A stretch of 64,000 nucleotides of DNA from a virus, in the IMG/VR virus record IMGVR_UViG_3300009605_004544, positions 32,001-96,000 of that record. The stretch is one strand, 5' to 3'. Position numbers and translations under genes: made by a program. Position 1 is the stretch's first letter, and every line of letters begins with the position of its first letter. Below, piece after piece: positions 18,752 to 28,444 of the stretch. Below the pieces are notes generated by a model. The model was not told the origin of the DNA, did no database searches, and saw only the letters and a program-made list of their open reading frames with translations.

Positions 18752-19818
18752 TTCCCATAGTCTATTTCAGGTCGTCGTCTTTTAATTGCCATCGGTTTTG
18801 TCCGATGCAATACTACATGGAGTACACGCTGGGATGGAGGGGAGACTCTGGCAAAAAGGCTGACAAGGGAACCATTGTCCACAAAGCTCTGGAGATTGCC
18901 GCTGTTTGCAAAAAAGGCCTGCAAGATGGCAAAAAGATTATTGTAGATCCTCAAATTGGGAGAGTCAGTACCTGTAATTACGAAAGAAAATACCTGAACA
19001 GGGTGATCTCAAGGGTTTACGAATACTACACTAGCAGAATCCCCCACCATCCGTGGACAGATAAAGACGCCAAAGATTGCGAAAAATGGGTCTGGAAGGC
19101 TCTTGAATATAATGATGGGATGTTTGATCCCCGTAATAGAGACGTGGTGGCTGCGGAGCCACGTTTCGATTTTTATATTGAAGAAGATTGGGCTAAATAT
19201 TCTTATGACATGCAAGAGGAAAAGCTGGAAGGCCAATTGGCCATGAAGGGAACCATCGACCTTGTAACCGATCTAGGTGATGGCGTATATGAAGTAATAG
19301 ATTGGAAAACTGGAAGGCGGTTGGACTGGGCTACAGGAAAGAAGAAAACACAGCACAACCTCTTTGATGATGCTCAGTTGAGAATATATCATTATGCTGT
19401 CAAGCACATGTTCCCCGAGGTTTCTTCTTTTTTGATTACGATATATTTCATCAATGATGGAGGAGCGTTCACTTTACATTTCCAAGATAAAGACCTTAAA
19501 GATACGGAAGAGATGCTTAAGGCTAAATTTGAATTCATCAAGAATACAGACGATCCCAAAATCATTAGACAATTGGACCCTCCTCAGTCATGGAAATGTT
19601 CAAAGCTGTGTCATCAAGGAAAGACAACATTTGAAGATACCTCTATTGAGCCGCTTATAGAACGTCGCACGGGACAAAGAACGCGACATGGAGAAGTCAT
19701 GACCAAGTGCGAGCAGGCGAGATATATGGTCAAAAAATATGGTATCGATTGGGTTACTGATAATCTCGCTCATCCCGATCATCAAATAGGCTTGTATCAA
19801 CCTCCCGGTGAGGTCTAA
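18748..19818 (+). CDS. PD-(D/E)xK exonuclease (RecB/AddB/Cas4-like)
   Basis: CPMQY, GTIVHKALE, GTIDLV, VIDWKTG, QLRIY, WKCSKLC. Confidence 0.85.
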   Translation: MIPIVYFRSSSFNCHRFCPMQYYMEYTLGWRGDSGKKADKGTIVHKALEIAAVCKKGLQDGKKIIVDPQIGRVSTCNYERKYLNRVISRVYEYYTSRIPHHPWTDKDAKDCEKWVWKALEYNDGMFDPRNRDVVAAEPRFDFYIEEDWAKYSYDMQEEKLEGQLAMKGTIDLVTDLGDGVYEVIDWKTGRRLDWATGKKKTQHNLFDDAQLRIYHYAVKHMFPEVSSFLITIYFINDGGAFTLHFQDKDLKDTEEMLKAKFEFIKNTDDPKIIRQLDPPQSWKCSKLCHQGKTTFEDTSIEPLIERRTGQRTRHGEVMTKCEQARYMVKKYGIDWVTDNLAHPDHQIGLYQPPGEV

Positions 19819-19828
19819 GGAGTATATA

Positions 19829-20395
19829 ATGTCAACAGAGAAACGCATGGACGACCTCAATAAGCTGTCGGACATCTTGAATGAATTTCTAGACGAAGAC
19901 CAAGCGAGGGAATTCACATCTAAAATAGAGCAGGAAGTTGCCCAAAAGACGGATGACAAGACGCTACGGGCACTATTAGAAACTTTAAGTTCGCTTTACA
20001 CTGTCAAACCGAGCAGAAAGGAACACCTCAAGAAAGTCGTCCTTACTTTACTAGTTGCCTTTCACATGTCTGTGATAGTTATTAACCTCGTGGCATTCTT
20101 CATCCTACCATTTCTGTACCCTCTGCTGGTATGGATGCCTCTTAATAGCTTCATCCTGACTGTCACGTTTACTAGAGAAATCTGCCCTTTAACCCGGCTT
20201 GAAAATTACATGAGAACGTCAATGGGAATGCCAAGAATAGGGGGGTTCATAGGGCACTATTTTGTCAGGCCCACTAAAAGAGCATATAGGACTTACAAGA
20301 TAGGACTTGGACTCTCAGGCAAAAAAGGAAAATCAAATGATAGAAGTCAAGATAACCCAGAAGATGAAAAAAAGAGCTTGGACCAAAGCCCGTGA
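19829..20395 (+). CDS. Fusion: small helical domain + DUF2784-like membrane domain
   Basis: TM helices with FH..; CPLTRLENYMR..G..GFIGHY; N-terminal 50 aa similar to 35084..35269. Confidence 0.65.
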   Translation: MSTEKRMDDLNKLSDILNEFLDEDQAREFTSKIEQEVAQKTDDKTLRALLETLSSLYTVKPSRKEHLKKVVLTLLVAFHMSVIVINLVAFFILPFLYPLLVWMPLNSFILTVTFTREICPLTRLENYMRTSMGMPRIGGFIGHYFVRPTKRAYRTYKIGLGLSGKKGKSNDRSQDNPEDEKKSLDQSP

Positions 20396-20840
20396 GATGG
20401 GGGTCATTAAAAACTCCATTCTCAGCGGTGCTGGGAATATAGCAGGATTTCTTGGGGAAGAAGTTGCCAATTCTTTGATCAAGGGAGAGATCAGCAATAC
20501 ATATGATTATGATATCGTGCATAATGCAAAGACTCAAGAGCTTAAATACGATGTAAAAACTAAAAGATGCACGTCTATCCCGAAACCCTACTACGAATGC
20601 TCAATTGCGGCGTATAATACCAAGCAGGCATGTGACAGGTATGCTTTTGTTCGCATAGAATGGGTCCACGGCAAATGGGGGAGGGCTTGGGTTTTGGGAT
20701 GGCTAGACAATAAAGAATATTTCGAGAAGGCTCAGCGGCTTAACAAGGGGGACATTGACCCCTCTAACGGTTATGTAGTCAAGGCAGACTGCTACAATGT
20801 GAGCATCTCGGAATTGAGAGACTTTAGGAGAAGGAAATGA
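20337..20840 (+). CDS. Putative PD-(D/E)xK-fold nuclease
   Basis: GFLGEE...YDYDIV...YDVKTK. Confidence 0.55.
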   Translation: MIEVKITQKMKKRAWTKAREMGVIKNSILSGAGNIAGFLGEEVANSLIKGEISNTYDYDIVHNAKTQELKYDVKTKRCTSIPKPYYECSIAAYNTKQACDRYAFVRIEWVHGKWGRAWVLGWLDNKEYFEKAQRLNKGDIDPSNGYVVKADCYNVSISELRDFRRRK

Positions 20841-22699
20841 CATACGTTCCGCTGCACGTCCATTCTGAATATAGCTTGCTGGACGGGCTTTCACAAACGT
20901 CACAGATATCTAGAAGATTAGAAGATATAGAAACAGATACCTGCGTCCTTACTGATCACGGAACTGTTTCTGGGGCCGTTGACTTTTCCAAAACGCTTAG
21001 GAATGCATCTCAGAAACCAATTTTGGGATGTGAATTCTACTTATGCATGGGCGATGCCTCCGAACAGTCTCCAGAAAATAGAGACCTTGTTCACCAAGTG
21101 GTTATAGCGAAAAATTTACAGGGATGGAAAGATCTACTTCGGCTAGTATCCCAATCAAATAGAACTGATCAATTTTACTATAAGCCTCGTATTGATTTCG
21201 ATCAATTAAAAGCAGTTGCCGCAAATGGCAATCTGATTTCATTTAGCGGTCACTTGGGTTCTTACTTAGGCAATGCCGCACTAGAAAATTCTGATGACCG
21301 TTTTCTTTCCAACGCGGCTTTAAAATTACAGGATATGTTTGGAAGGGGGAATTTCTTTATTGAAATACAACTGATAGACTCTCAAAATAATGAAGGTGCC
21401 AGAATTGCCGCTGAAAGATTGCGAGAGATTGCCGTGCAGACAGGCATCCCCCCCGTAGCAACCCCAGACGCTCATTACCCTACCAGAGAGGCCGCAGAAG
21501 ACCAGAGGGTGCTCCTCTGCACGTCTTTAAAAAAGACCATAGGCCAAGTCCACAGGGAATTAAAAGAGGGAAAGTCTCGTTCGCTTAAGTCATTTTTTTC
21601 CTCTGACAATTATCATATTCCCTCTTACGAAGAGATGAGTCAGTTTCATACTGAAGAAGAATTGCAAAACACAATAGTGATTGCCAATATGTGTGAGTCT
21701 TATGATATTCTAGGAGCACCAAACCCCCCTACGTTTTCGTGTCCAGCAAATTACGAAGCTCAAAGCTATTTGAGACATCTGTGTAAAATTGGATGGTCTC
21801 AAAAAATGCAGCACATCGAAAAGAACGGCGCTGATTTTAACAGGTACGGAGATCGGGTCCAGAAGGAGCTTCAAGTTTTTGAGGAGGCTGGCCTGTCAGG
21901 ATACTTTTTAATCGTGCAGGACATTTTACAATTTTGCAGGAAGGAAGGCTACTTAACAGGCCCCGGCAGAGGGAGTGCCGCAGGCTGCATGGTGTCGTAC
22001 CTTATTGGCATTACACAGATAGACCCTTTGCGACACAATTTGGTTTTCGAAAGATTTTACAACGCAGGAAGAAATACTTCGGGAAGAATATCAATGCCTG
22101 ACATTGATATAGATGTTCCCAAGGTTGCTAGGGAAAAAGTGATTAGCTACATGAAGCAAAAATATGGAAAAGACAACGTAGCACAAATCGTTACCTACCA
22201 AACCTTGCAAGGGCGATCTGGACTCAAAAGAGTGATGCAAGCTAGGGGGAATATATCCTTTGCTGAACAAAACGACATTACTAAGCACATCATGGATGAG
22301 TCCAAAATTGCCGACGAACTTCAAGACATGAAAGAGGAGCTTGGCGAATCATCGCTTACCTTGTGGGCATTAAAAAATAGAAAGCAGCAGCTTAAAGACT
22401 GGTGTGAAATAGGCGAGGATGGTAAGCTAGAAGGTAAAATGTCTCGTATCTTTGAGCAAGCTATCAGACTAGAGGGGACTAAAATTATTCAATCCAAGCA
22501 TGCTGCGGGGGTGGTAGTTTCACCATCTTCGATTTCAGAAACGTGCCCTATGATCAAGCCTGCGAACAAAGGAGAAACGGACTTGCTGGCTGGGTTCGAG
22601 GGGCCTAGCTGTGAAGATGTCGGACTCTTAAAGCTAGATGTATTGGGGATTAGAATGTTGGACAAAATAATGGAAGTGCCGGACATACTGAGGGGATAA
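20837..22699 (+). CDS. dnaE: DNA polymerase III alpha, N-terminal part (PHP + palm/thumb)
   Basis: LHVHSEYSLLDG, TDHG, DAHY, GPGRGSAAG, FERF, PDIDID, HAAGVV, KLDVLG; ends just after the third catalytic Asp. Confidence 0.93.
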   Translation: MTYVPLHVHSEYSLLDGLSQTSQISRRLEDIETDTCVLTDHGTVSGAVDFSKTLRNASQKPILGCEFYLCMGDASEQSPENRDLVHQVVIAKNLQGWKDLLRLVSQSNRTDQFYYKPRIDFDQLKAVAANGNLISFSGHLGSYLGNAALENSDDRFLSNAALKLQDMFGRGNFFIEIQLIDSQNNEGARIAAERLREIAVQTGIPPVATPDAHYPTREAAEDQRVLLCTSLKKTIGQVHRELKEGKSRSLKSFFSSDNYHIPSYEEMSQFHTEEELQNTIVIANMCESYDILGAPNPPTFSCPANYEAQSYLRHLCKIGWSQKMQHIEKNGADFNRYGDRVQKELQVFEEAGLSGYFLIVQDILQFCRKEGYLTGPGRGSAAGCMVSYLIGITQIDPLRHNLVFERFYNAGRNTSGRISMPDIDIDVPKVAREKVISYMKQKYGKDNVAQIVTYQTLQGRSGLKRVMQARGNISFAEQNDITKHIMDESKIADELQDMKEELGESSLTLWALKNRKQQLKDWCEIGEDGKLEGKMSRIFEQAIRLEGTKIIQSKHAAGVVVSPSSISETCPMIKPANKGETDLLAGFEGPSCEDVGLLKLDVLGIRMLDKIMEVPDILRG

Positions 22700-22701
22700 A
22701 A

Positions 22702-22884
22702 ATGACATTATGGATATACTGTCCGAGGTGTGGCAAGGCTGTTGATGAGTTTGAAGAAAGATGCGCCCACTGCGATCTTGGAGGCATATGGGAACATAAT
22801 TGGCGAATAATAAGCGAAGAGTTGGAAGATTTTATGACAACCGGAACCCCTCCCAACATGGTTCCAAGGGCAGACAACGGATAG
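22702..22884 (+). CDS. Small Zn-ribbon protein
   Basis: CPRCG...CAHC; GAGGGG RBS; fills the gap between dnaE-N and the exonuclease. Confidence 0.55.
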   Translation: MTLWIYCPRCGKAVDEFEERCAHCDLGGIWEHNWRIISEELEDFMTTGTPPNMVPRADNG

Positions 22885-22892
22885 GAGACGAG

Positions 22893-23567
22893 ATGAATAA
22901 CCGGTGGATTATGGTGTTCGACTTTGAGACAGACGGGGTAGACCCAAATACTTGCAATCCCGTAGAGCTTGCGGCTATTCCTATCGATCCTCGAACTTTG
23001 GAAATTAAAGAGAAGAAAGCTTTTAGCGCTGTCATTAAGCCACCCGGATTTAATAAAGAAGAGTACTTCACAGACGACCGTCAAAAGACTATAGAATGGC
23101 ATGCGAAACAGAGGGGCGTAACTAGCGCCGACATTATCAAGTCTTGGAAGAAGGGGAAGAGCGAAAAGATAGTCTGGAAAAACTTTTGCGAATACTGCAA
23201 GAAGTTCAATATAGAAAAATCTTATGGAAACTGGTACACAGAGCCGATAGCTGCTGGGTATAACATCATCGGATTTGACTTGCCGATTTGTCAGCGGTTA
23301 GCCGACAAGCATAAGACTGGAATGCCATTTGCTAAAGTGAACAAGATGGATCTCATGGACCTCCTGTTTTATTGGTTTGAAAACCTAGGCGAGCCTAAGA
23401 ATATGAGACTTGATACAATGCGAGATTTTTTCGGAGTCCAAACAGTCCAAGCGCATGAGGCGTATTCTGACACTTTCGATACTGCAAAGCTATTGGTGCA
23501 GTTCCTTAAGTTCCATAGGCGACAGTCTAGCGTAGGCAAGTTCAAGGGAGCAATGGTTCAAAAATGA
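22893..23567 (+). CDS. DEDDh 3'-5' exonuclease (DnaQ/epsilon-like)
   Basis: ExoI FDFETDG, ExoII GYNIIGFD, ExoIII AHEAYSD; AGGAG RBS. Confidence 0.85.
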   Translation: MNNRWIMVFDFETDGVDPNTCNPVELAAIPIDPRTLEIKEKKAFSAVIKPPGFNKEEYFTDDRQKTIEWHAKQRGVTSADIIKSWKKGKSEKIVWKNFCEYCKKFNIEKSYGNWYTEPIAAGYNIIGFDLPICQRLADKHKTGMPFAKVNKMDLMDLLFYWFENLGEPKNMRLDTMRDFFGVQTVQAHEAYSDTFDTAKLLVQFLKFHRRQSSVGKFKGAMVQK

Positions 23568-25207
23568 AGAATGCATTTGCATGTGGATGCACGTTCGACG
23601 TAGTTGACAAGCACGTTGTTTACGATCCCAATATTGAACGCCTGCCTCTCAAATGCTCTGCTACTTGGGATTTAATTTGTGATGGAAATACCAAAGGAGT
23701 TTTCCAATTGGAATCCCAACTGGGGCGAAGTATGGCTGAACGAGTAAAGCCAAAGAATATAGAAGAGCTATCAGACCTCGTAGCTATTATTCGACCGGGA
23801 TGCATGGAGGCAATTGTAGATGGCAAAAGTCTGACACAACACTATATAGATAGAAAGCACGGAATAGACCCCGTCGAATATTTTCATGATGCGCTTGAAC
23901 CGATCTTATCCAGCACCTATGGGATACTCGTCTATCAAGAACAAGCCATCCTTATTGCTAGAGACATCGGGGGTTTCGACCTACAAGAAGCAGACATTTT
24001 GCGCAAAGCCATTGGAAAGAAAAACGTAGGTTTGATGACCGAGCTAAAGAAGCAATTTATTCAAAAGGCAGAGCAAAAAAAGGTTGTCACAAAAGAGCAA
24101 GCTGAAGAAATATTTAGTTGGATTGAAAAATCTCAAAGATACTCATTCAATAAGTCACATTCGGTAAGCTATGCATATAATGCGTATCTGACAGCTTACA
24201 CGAAGACTCACTTCCCAAGGGAGTTCTTCACGTCTTACCTTAAAAATTCAATTGGCAAGCCTGATGCCTACACAGAAATAGAAGAGCTAGTAAATAACGC
24301 TCGCATAATGGACATTGATGTGATGCCCCCGAATATTAAAAAGATGAACAAAAGGTTCACCTTAATAGGCCCCAACCCCACATTCGGCATTACGGAAATT
24401 AAGGGCGTAGGTGGTTCCGTGTTTGATAAGATGGGCGACTGCCTGAGTCGCAATCAGATCAATTTAGAAACATGCGACTGGAATACATTTTTAATAGGAT
24501 TCGGCTCATGTATTAAAGTAGACTCCTTTGAAGCCTTGATACTTAGCGGCGCACTTGATTGCTTTGATATTAGTCGTAGTCAAATGGCTCATGAATTGAA
24601 AATGTTCAGAGAATTAAGTAAGCGAGAAATCGCTTGGATCGAAACGTACAAGTCGTCGAACGTTAAAGCCGATCTAGAGGGATGTATCGCTGAAATGATC
24701 TCTACTAACAACTGGTCAAATCCCAAGAGGCCGATATTCAGAAGGGATCGACTAGAGGTAGTAGAAAGCGTTAGGGGTTCTTTACAGAATCCGGGCTATG
24801 AGCTTGTAGACTTTCCCGGCTGGAAAGCCAGAAAGGAAGAACACTACCTTGGAGTCTCTTTAACTTGCGCCCGAGTAGACGAGTACGATACAAGTGGTGC
24901 TAATTGCACATGCAAAGAATACACGGACGGCTTTAACTCAAGGAACGGTATAAGGATAGCCGCCCAGATTGACGGCGTAAGAGAATGGAAAATTAAAAGA
25001 GGAAATGCCAAAGGAAAAAAGATGGCTTTTGTTACCATCAGCGACGGAACTTGCAGCTTAGATAGCGTAACAGTATTTTCTGATGAGTGGGAAAAATACA
25101 GTAACGAATTGTCGGAAGGGAATGTTTTGTTGCTAGCTGGCATGAGAGACTCTAAAAGAGGAAGTTTTCTAATAAAGTCAGTTTCTAAGGTCAAAAACCT
25201 AGCTTAG
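23564..25207 (+). CDS. dnaE: DNA polymerase III alpha, C-terminal part (fingers, HhH, OB fold)
   Basis: GVFQLES, AIIRPG, TYGILVYQEQ, ADILRKAIGKK, YSFNKSHS, IKGVG, MAFVTISDGT OB fold. Confidence 0.92.
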   Translation: MKNAFACGCTFDVVDKHVVYDPNIERLPLKCSATWDLICDGNTKGVFQLESQLGRSMAERVKPKNIEELSDLVAIIRPGCMEAIVDGKSLTQHYIDRKHGIDPVEYFHDALEPILSSTYGILVYQEQAILIARDIGGFDLQEADILRKAIGKKNVGLMTELKKQFIQKAEQKKVVTKEQAEEIFSWIEKSQRYSFNKSHSVSYAYNAYLTAYTKTHFPREFFTSYLKNSIGKPDAYTEIEELVNNARIMDIDVMPPNIKKMNKRFTLIGPNPTFGITEIKGVGGSVFDKMGDCLSRNQINLETCDWNTFLIGFGSCIKVDSFEALILSGALDCFDISRSQMAHELKMFRELSKREIAWIETYKSSNVKADLEGCIAEMISTNNWSNPKRPIFRRDRLEVVESVRGSLQNPGYELVDFPGWKARKEEHYLGVSLTCARVDEYDTSGANCTCKEYTDGFNSRNGIRIAAQIDGVREWKIKRGNAKGKKMAFVTISDGTCSLDSVTVFSDEWEKYSNELSEGNVLLLAGMRDSKRGSFLIKSVSKVKNLA

Positions 25208-25234
25208 ATAATATAATATATTAAGAGGGAATTT

Positions 25235-25693
25235 ATGGACGAACTGATAGAAAAGCATATGGGTTTGGTGATATCTATAGTCAATAGGTTTAGTCCTAAA
25301 AATCAAACAGAAAAAGACGACTACATACAAGCGGGGCGTATAGGTCTTTGGAAAGCCCTTACTAAATTTTCAAAAACGGGAGGAAGCAAATTTTCCCCAT
25401 ACGCTTGGAACCCCATCAAATGGGAAATCATAAAAGAAATCCGATCTGCAAAATCTAAATGTGACTCAATCAATCCAGAGGATTGCGAACACTATTGTGG
25501 CATTAGAAGCTCGGCGCATTTTTGGGAGCTTATTCCATCTAGCCTAACCCCTGCGGAACGCCAAGTAATTCAACTGAGACGTGAGGGCTATAACTTCAAA
25601 GAAATTTCATGTGAATTGGATTGCCATAGGTCTCGCATCAAAAAGATTTTTCAGAGCGCTATATGCAAAATAAGAGAAACTAATAATGAATAA
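25235..25693 (+). CDS. Sigma-70 family RNA polymerase sigma factor (regions 2 and 4)
   Basis: DDYIQAGRIGLWKA..KF..FSPYA; LTPAERQVI..GYNFKEIS..L HTH. Confidence 0.85.
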   Translation: MDELIEKHMGLVISIVNRFSPKNQTEKDDYIQAGRIGLWKALTKFSKTGGSKFSPYAWNPIKWEIIKEIRSAKSKCDSINPEDCEHYCGIRSSAHFWELIPSSLTPAERQVIQLRREGYNFKEISCELDCHRSRIKKIFQSAICKIRETNNE

Positions 25694-27338
25694 AAGGCGC
25701 GTCTTATTAGTTAGCGAAGCAAACTTTTTAAACTCAGGGTTTGGCACGTATGCCAAAGAGCTTTTAAATAGGCTACATACTACCAACAAATATGAGTTAG
25801 CTGAATTCGCATCTTATGGCAAGCCCAGCATGGGCCAAAGTGTTCCGTGGACTTTCTATGGAAATATGCCGGAAGATGGAGATCAAGCGTCCTTGGACTT
25901 CTATAATAGTAACGGGTCTCACCAATTCGGAACATGGAGATTTGACAAGGTTTGTATAGATTTCAAGCCAGACATTGTGCTGTCCTATAGAGACCCTTGG
26001 ATGGACAATTGGATTCAAAACGCTCCCACCAGACCGTACTTCCATTGGGTATGGATGCCCACCGTTGATTCTTCTCCCCAGAGACAAGAGTGGGTAAATA
26101 CTTTTTCAACATGCGATGCTGTCTTGGCTTACTCAGAATTTGGGGGTAAAGTCCTAAAGGAACAAGGCAAGGAAAGAATCAACTATATCGGGTGTGCTTC
26201 TCCCGGCATTGATCCTCACGTTTATAAGCCGCTGCCTAAAGAAGCCCTCAGAAAAGAAATGGGAATTGATCCAGAATGTTTTATCGTTGGAACGGTAATG
26301 CGAAATCAAAAAAGAAAACTGTTCTTTGAACTTATGAAGTCCTTTCGTTCGTTCTTAGATGAAGCCCCTTCGGACATTGCCTCTAAGTCCTTGTTATATT
26401 TGCATACCAGTTATCCCGAAAAAAACGGGTGGGACATAGCGGATGGAATAATGCAAAACAACCTTGGGGGAAAGGTTCTAATGACCTATATTTGTAGAGT
26501 ATGCAATAAATTTTTTCCATCCACCTTTCAAGATGCTCTCGCTCAGTGTCAATTTTGTAAGCAAAGAACTGCTGTCTGCCCCACTGTGAGCCTTGGGGTT
26601 TCTGTCGAAGACCTTGCTAAAATTTATAACCTGTTTGATCTCTATGTCCAATACGCAATATGTGAAGGCTTTGGAATGCCCCAAGTAGAAGCTGCCGCAT
26701 GCGGCGTTCCTGTTGCGGGTACGGACTATAGCGCCATGCATGACGTGATTAAATTTACAAAAGGCTACCCCATTCCGGTGAAGACATTTTTTAGAGAGAT
26801 CGAAACTAACGCTGAAAGAGCATATCCCGATAATGACAAGTTGAAAGAAACCTTCATAGAATTTTTTAGTCAATCCAATGAGGAACGAACTAAGAAGTCA
26901 ATGGAGGTTCGAAAGCATACAATTAAACGTTATAATTGGGATGATACCGCCAGTGTATGGGAACGTTACATAGACTCATATGAGCCACAAGGATTGCAGG
27001 GGAAATGGGATTCGCCAGCTTCTCTGTCTATGGTGCCAGATGGCATCCCAGAAAATTTATCGAACGGGGATTTCATTAAGTGGATATTCACAGATGTGTT
27101 GCATGATCCCGACCTGTTACATCAAAACGAAGGTGTTAAGCTATATAGAGACCTCACTTTTGGCGCTGAAATGGGTCAGGGCGTTCTGGAGCCTCTTAGT
27201 AGAGAAAAGATCTTCGATGCGTACAGGGCGCGGGCAAATAACAGGAATCAGGCAGAGCAACTACGGGCAGGGAATATTCAGGTGCATCCTGAGAAGTTCG
27301 TCATAGAAGCTCGTGCAGGGCAAGAGGAAAGGGTATGA
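25686..27338 (+). CDS. Glycosyltransferase GT4 with Zn-finger insert
   Basis: SGFGTY, SPGID, VMRNQKRK, EGFGMPQVEAAACGVPV; CRVC/CQFC insert. Confidence 0.88.
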   Translation: MNKRRVLLVSEANFLNSGFGTYAKELLNRLHTTNKYELAEFASYGKPSMGQSVPWTFYGNMPEDGDQASLDFYNSNGSHQFGTWRFDKVCIDFKPDIVLSYRDPWMDNWIQNAPTRPYFHWVWMPTVDSSPQRQEWVNTFSTCDAVLAYSEFGGKVLKEQGKERINYIGCASPGIDPHVYKPLPKEALRKEMGIDPECFIVGTVMRNQKRKLFFELMKSFRSFLDEAPSDIASKSLLYLHTSYPEKNGWDIADGIMQNNLGGKVLMTYICRVCNKFFPSTFQDALAQCQFCKQRTAVCPTVSLGVSVEDLAKIYNLFDLYVQYAICEGFGMPQVEAAACGVPVAGTDYSAMHDVIKFTKGYPIPVKTFFREIETNAERAYPDNDKLKETFIEFFSQSNEERTKKSMEVRKHTIKRYNWDDTASVWERYIDSYEPQGLQGKWDSPASLSMVPDGIPENLSNGDFIKWIFTDVLHDPDLLHQNEGVKLYRDLTFGAEMGQGVLEPLSREKIFDAYRARANNRNQAEQLRAGNIQVHPEKFVIEARAGQEERV

Positions 27339-28444
27339 ATATATTATTTATCGGACCCTACAGGCAAAAAGATGAATGGGGACGTAAAAGCAAATCTATT
27401 CTGAGGGCTGTCCAGAAAACGGGCCACAATGTTACATCAAGACCAATATTTTTGACATCCCATCCAGACACTAACAGTTATATGGAAGCGTGTGAATTTA
27501 ATATCTCAGAACAGTATGATGTTTTAATACAGTTTTTATTGCAGCCGTATGCTATTTATGATGGGAGAGTTTCAAAAAGAATAGGGATATTTAACACAGA
27601 AACAATGCCAAATAAAATGGCTTTGGGCCAACTTACTAAAGAGCTTTTAATGGACGAAGTTTGGACCGATAGCTGCTTTATACAAAAGGGCCTTCAAAAT
27701 TCTCTTGATAGTTATCAAGGGAATGTCAAGGTGCGTGCGATTCCTCCTGTACTAGATACGACCGATCTTGAAGAAACATCTTCCATTTCAATAAAGGCTT
27801 CCGATAGGGAATTAGATGGTCGTTTTCTTTTTTATTACATCGGCAATCTCGCAGAAGACAAAGGGGGTTTTAAAGAAACGTGCATCGCCTATATGAGCAC
27901 GTTCTCTAGTTCTGATCAAGTTGCCTTAATTGTTGCTCCCGAAGCTCCGTTCCCAGAAGAGGAAGTTAATAAGGCGTTGGAAGATTGCCGTGCCTGCGTT
28001 GGGGAAATCAAACACTCTTTGCACTATCCTCTCATTAAAGTCATCCGTTCACAAAACGGCCTACAAAGATCCGAAAGAGTTGCTCTTCACGTAGATTCAG
28101 ACTGCATGGTCTCTCCGGGCTACTCTCTGGCTACAAGCTCTCTAGTTCTTGAGGCCGCAATGTATAAAAATACACCCATCGTGAATAAAGGGAATGCATG
28201 CTATGAATGGTGGGGGGAAGAAAATCTATGGGGCGTCGAGTCATATGAAGACCTTTGTGTCTCTCGACAAAGGCCATTGCCATATCGTTTTACATCTGGT
28301 GAATCGTGGCAGAAGCCGATTATTAAATCTTTAGGAGAGACGATGCTAGAGGTATACATTGACAAATTTAAAAGAGACAAGAAAGCCAAGGCTAATTCTA
28401 AATTGCGAAATTATTTCAACGAGCCTTCTTTAGAGATTGTATGA
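27335..28444 (+). CDS. Divergent GT-B glycosyltransferase-like protein
   Basis: MNILFIGPY, FYYIG..EDKGG, DCMVSP..LEAAMYKNTPIV (degenerate GT4 C-terminal motif). Confidence 0.65.
   Translation: MNILFIGPYRQKDEWGRKSKSILRAVQKTGHNVTSRPIFLTSHPDTNSYMEACEFNISEQYDVLIQFLLQPYAIYDGRVSKRIGIFNTETMPNKMALGQLTKELLMDEVWTDSCFIQKGLQNSLDSYQGNVKVRAIPPVLDTTDLEETSSISIKASDRELDGRFLFYYIGNLAEDKGGFKETCIAYMSTFSSSDQVALIVAPEAPFPEEEVNKALEDCRACVGEIKHSLHYPLIKVIRSQNGLQRSERVALHVDSDCMVSPGYSLATSSLVLEAAMYKNTPIVNKGNACYEWWGEENLWGVESYEDLCVSRQRPLPYRFTSGESWQKPIIKSLGETMLEVYIDKFKRDKKAKANSKLRNYFNEPSLEIV

Noticed and set aside
18748-19818. Cas4-like nuclease as part of a CRISPR-Cas system
   Set aside because: No repeat-spacer array or other cas genes seen; solo PD-(D/E)xK exonucleases are normal in phage replication modules
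22600-23700. Split intein or group I/II intron explaining the dnaE break
   Set aside because: No intein terminal motifs at either junction; the intervening DNA is fully occupied by two RBS-bearing ORFs with no room for ribozyme structure and no RT/LAGLIDADG gene
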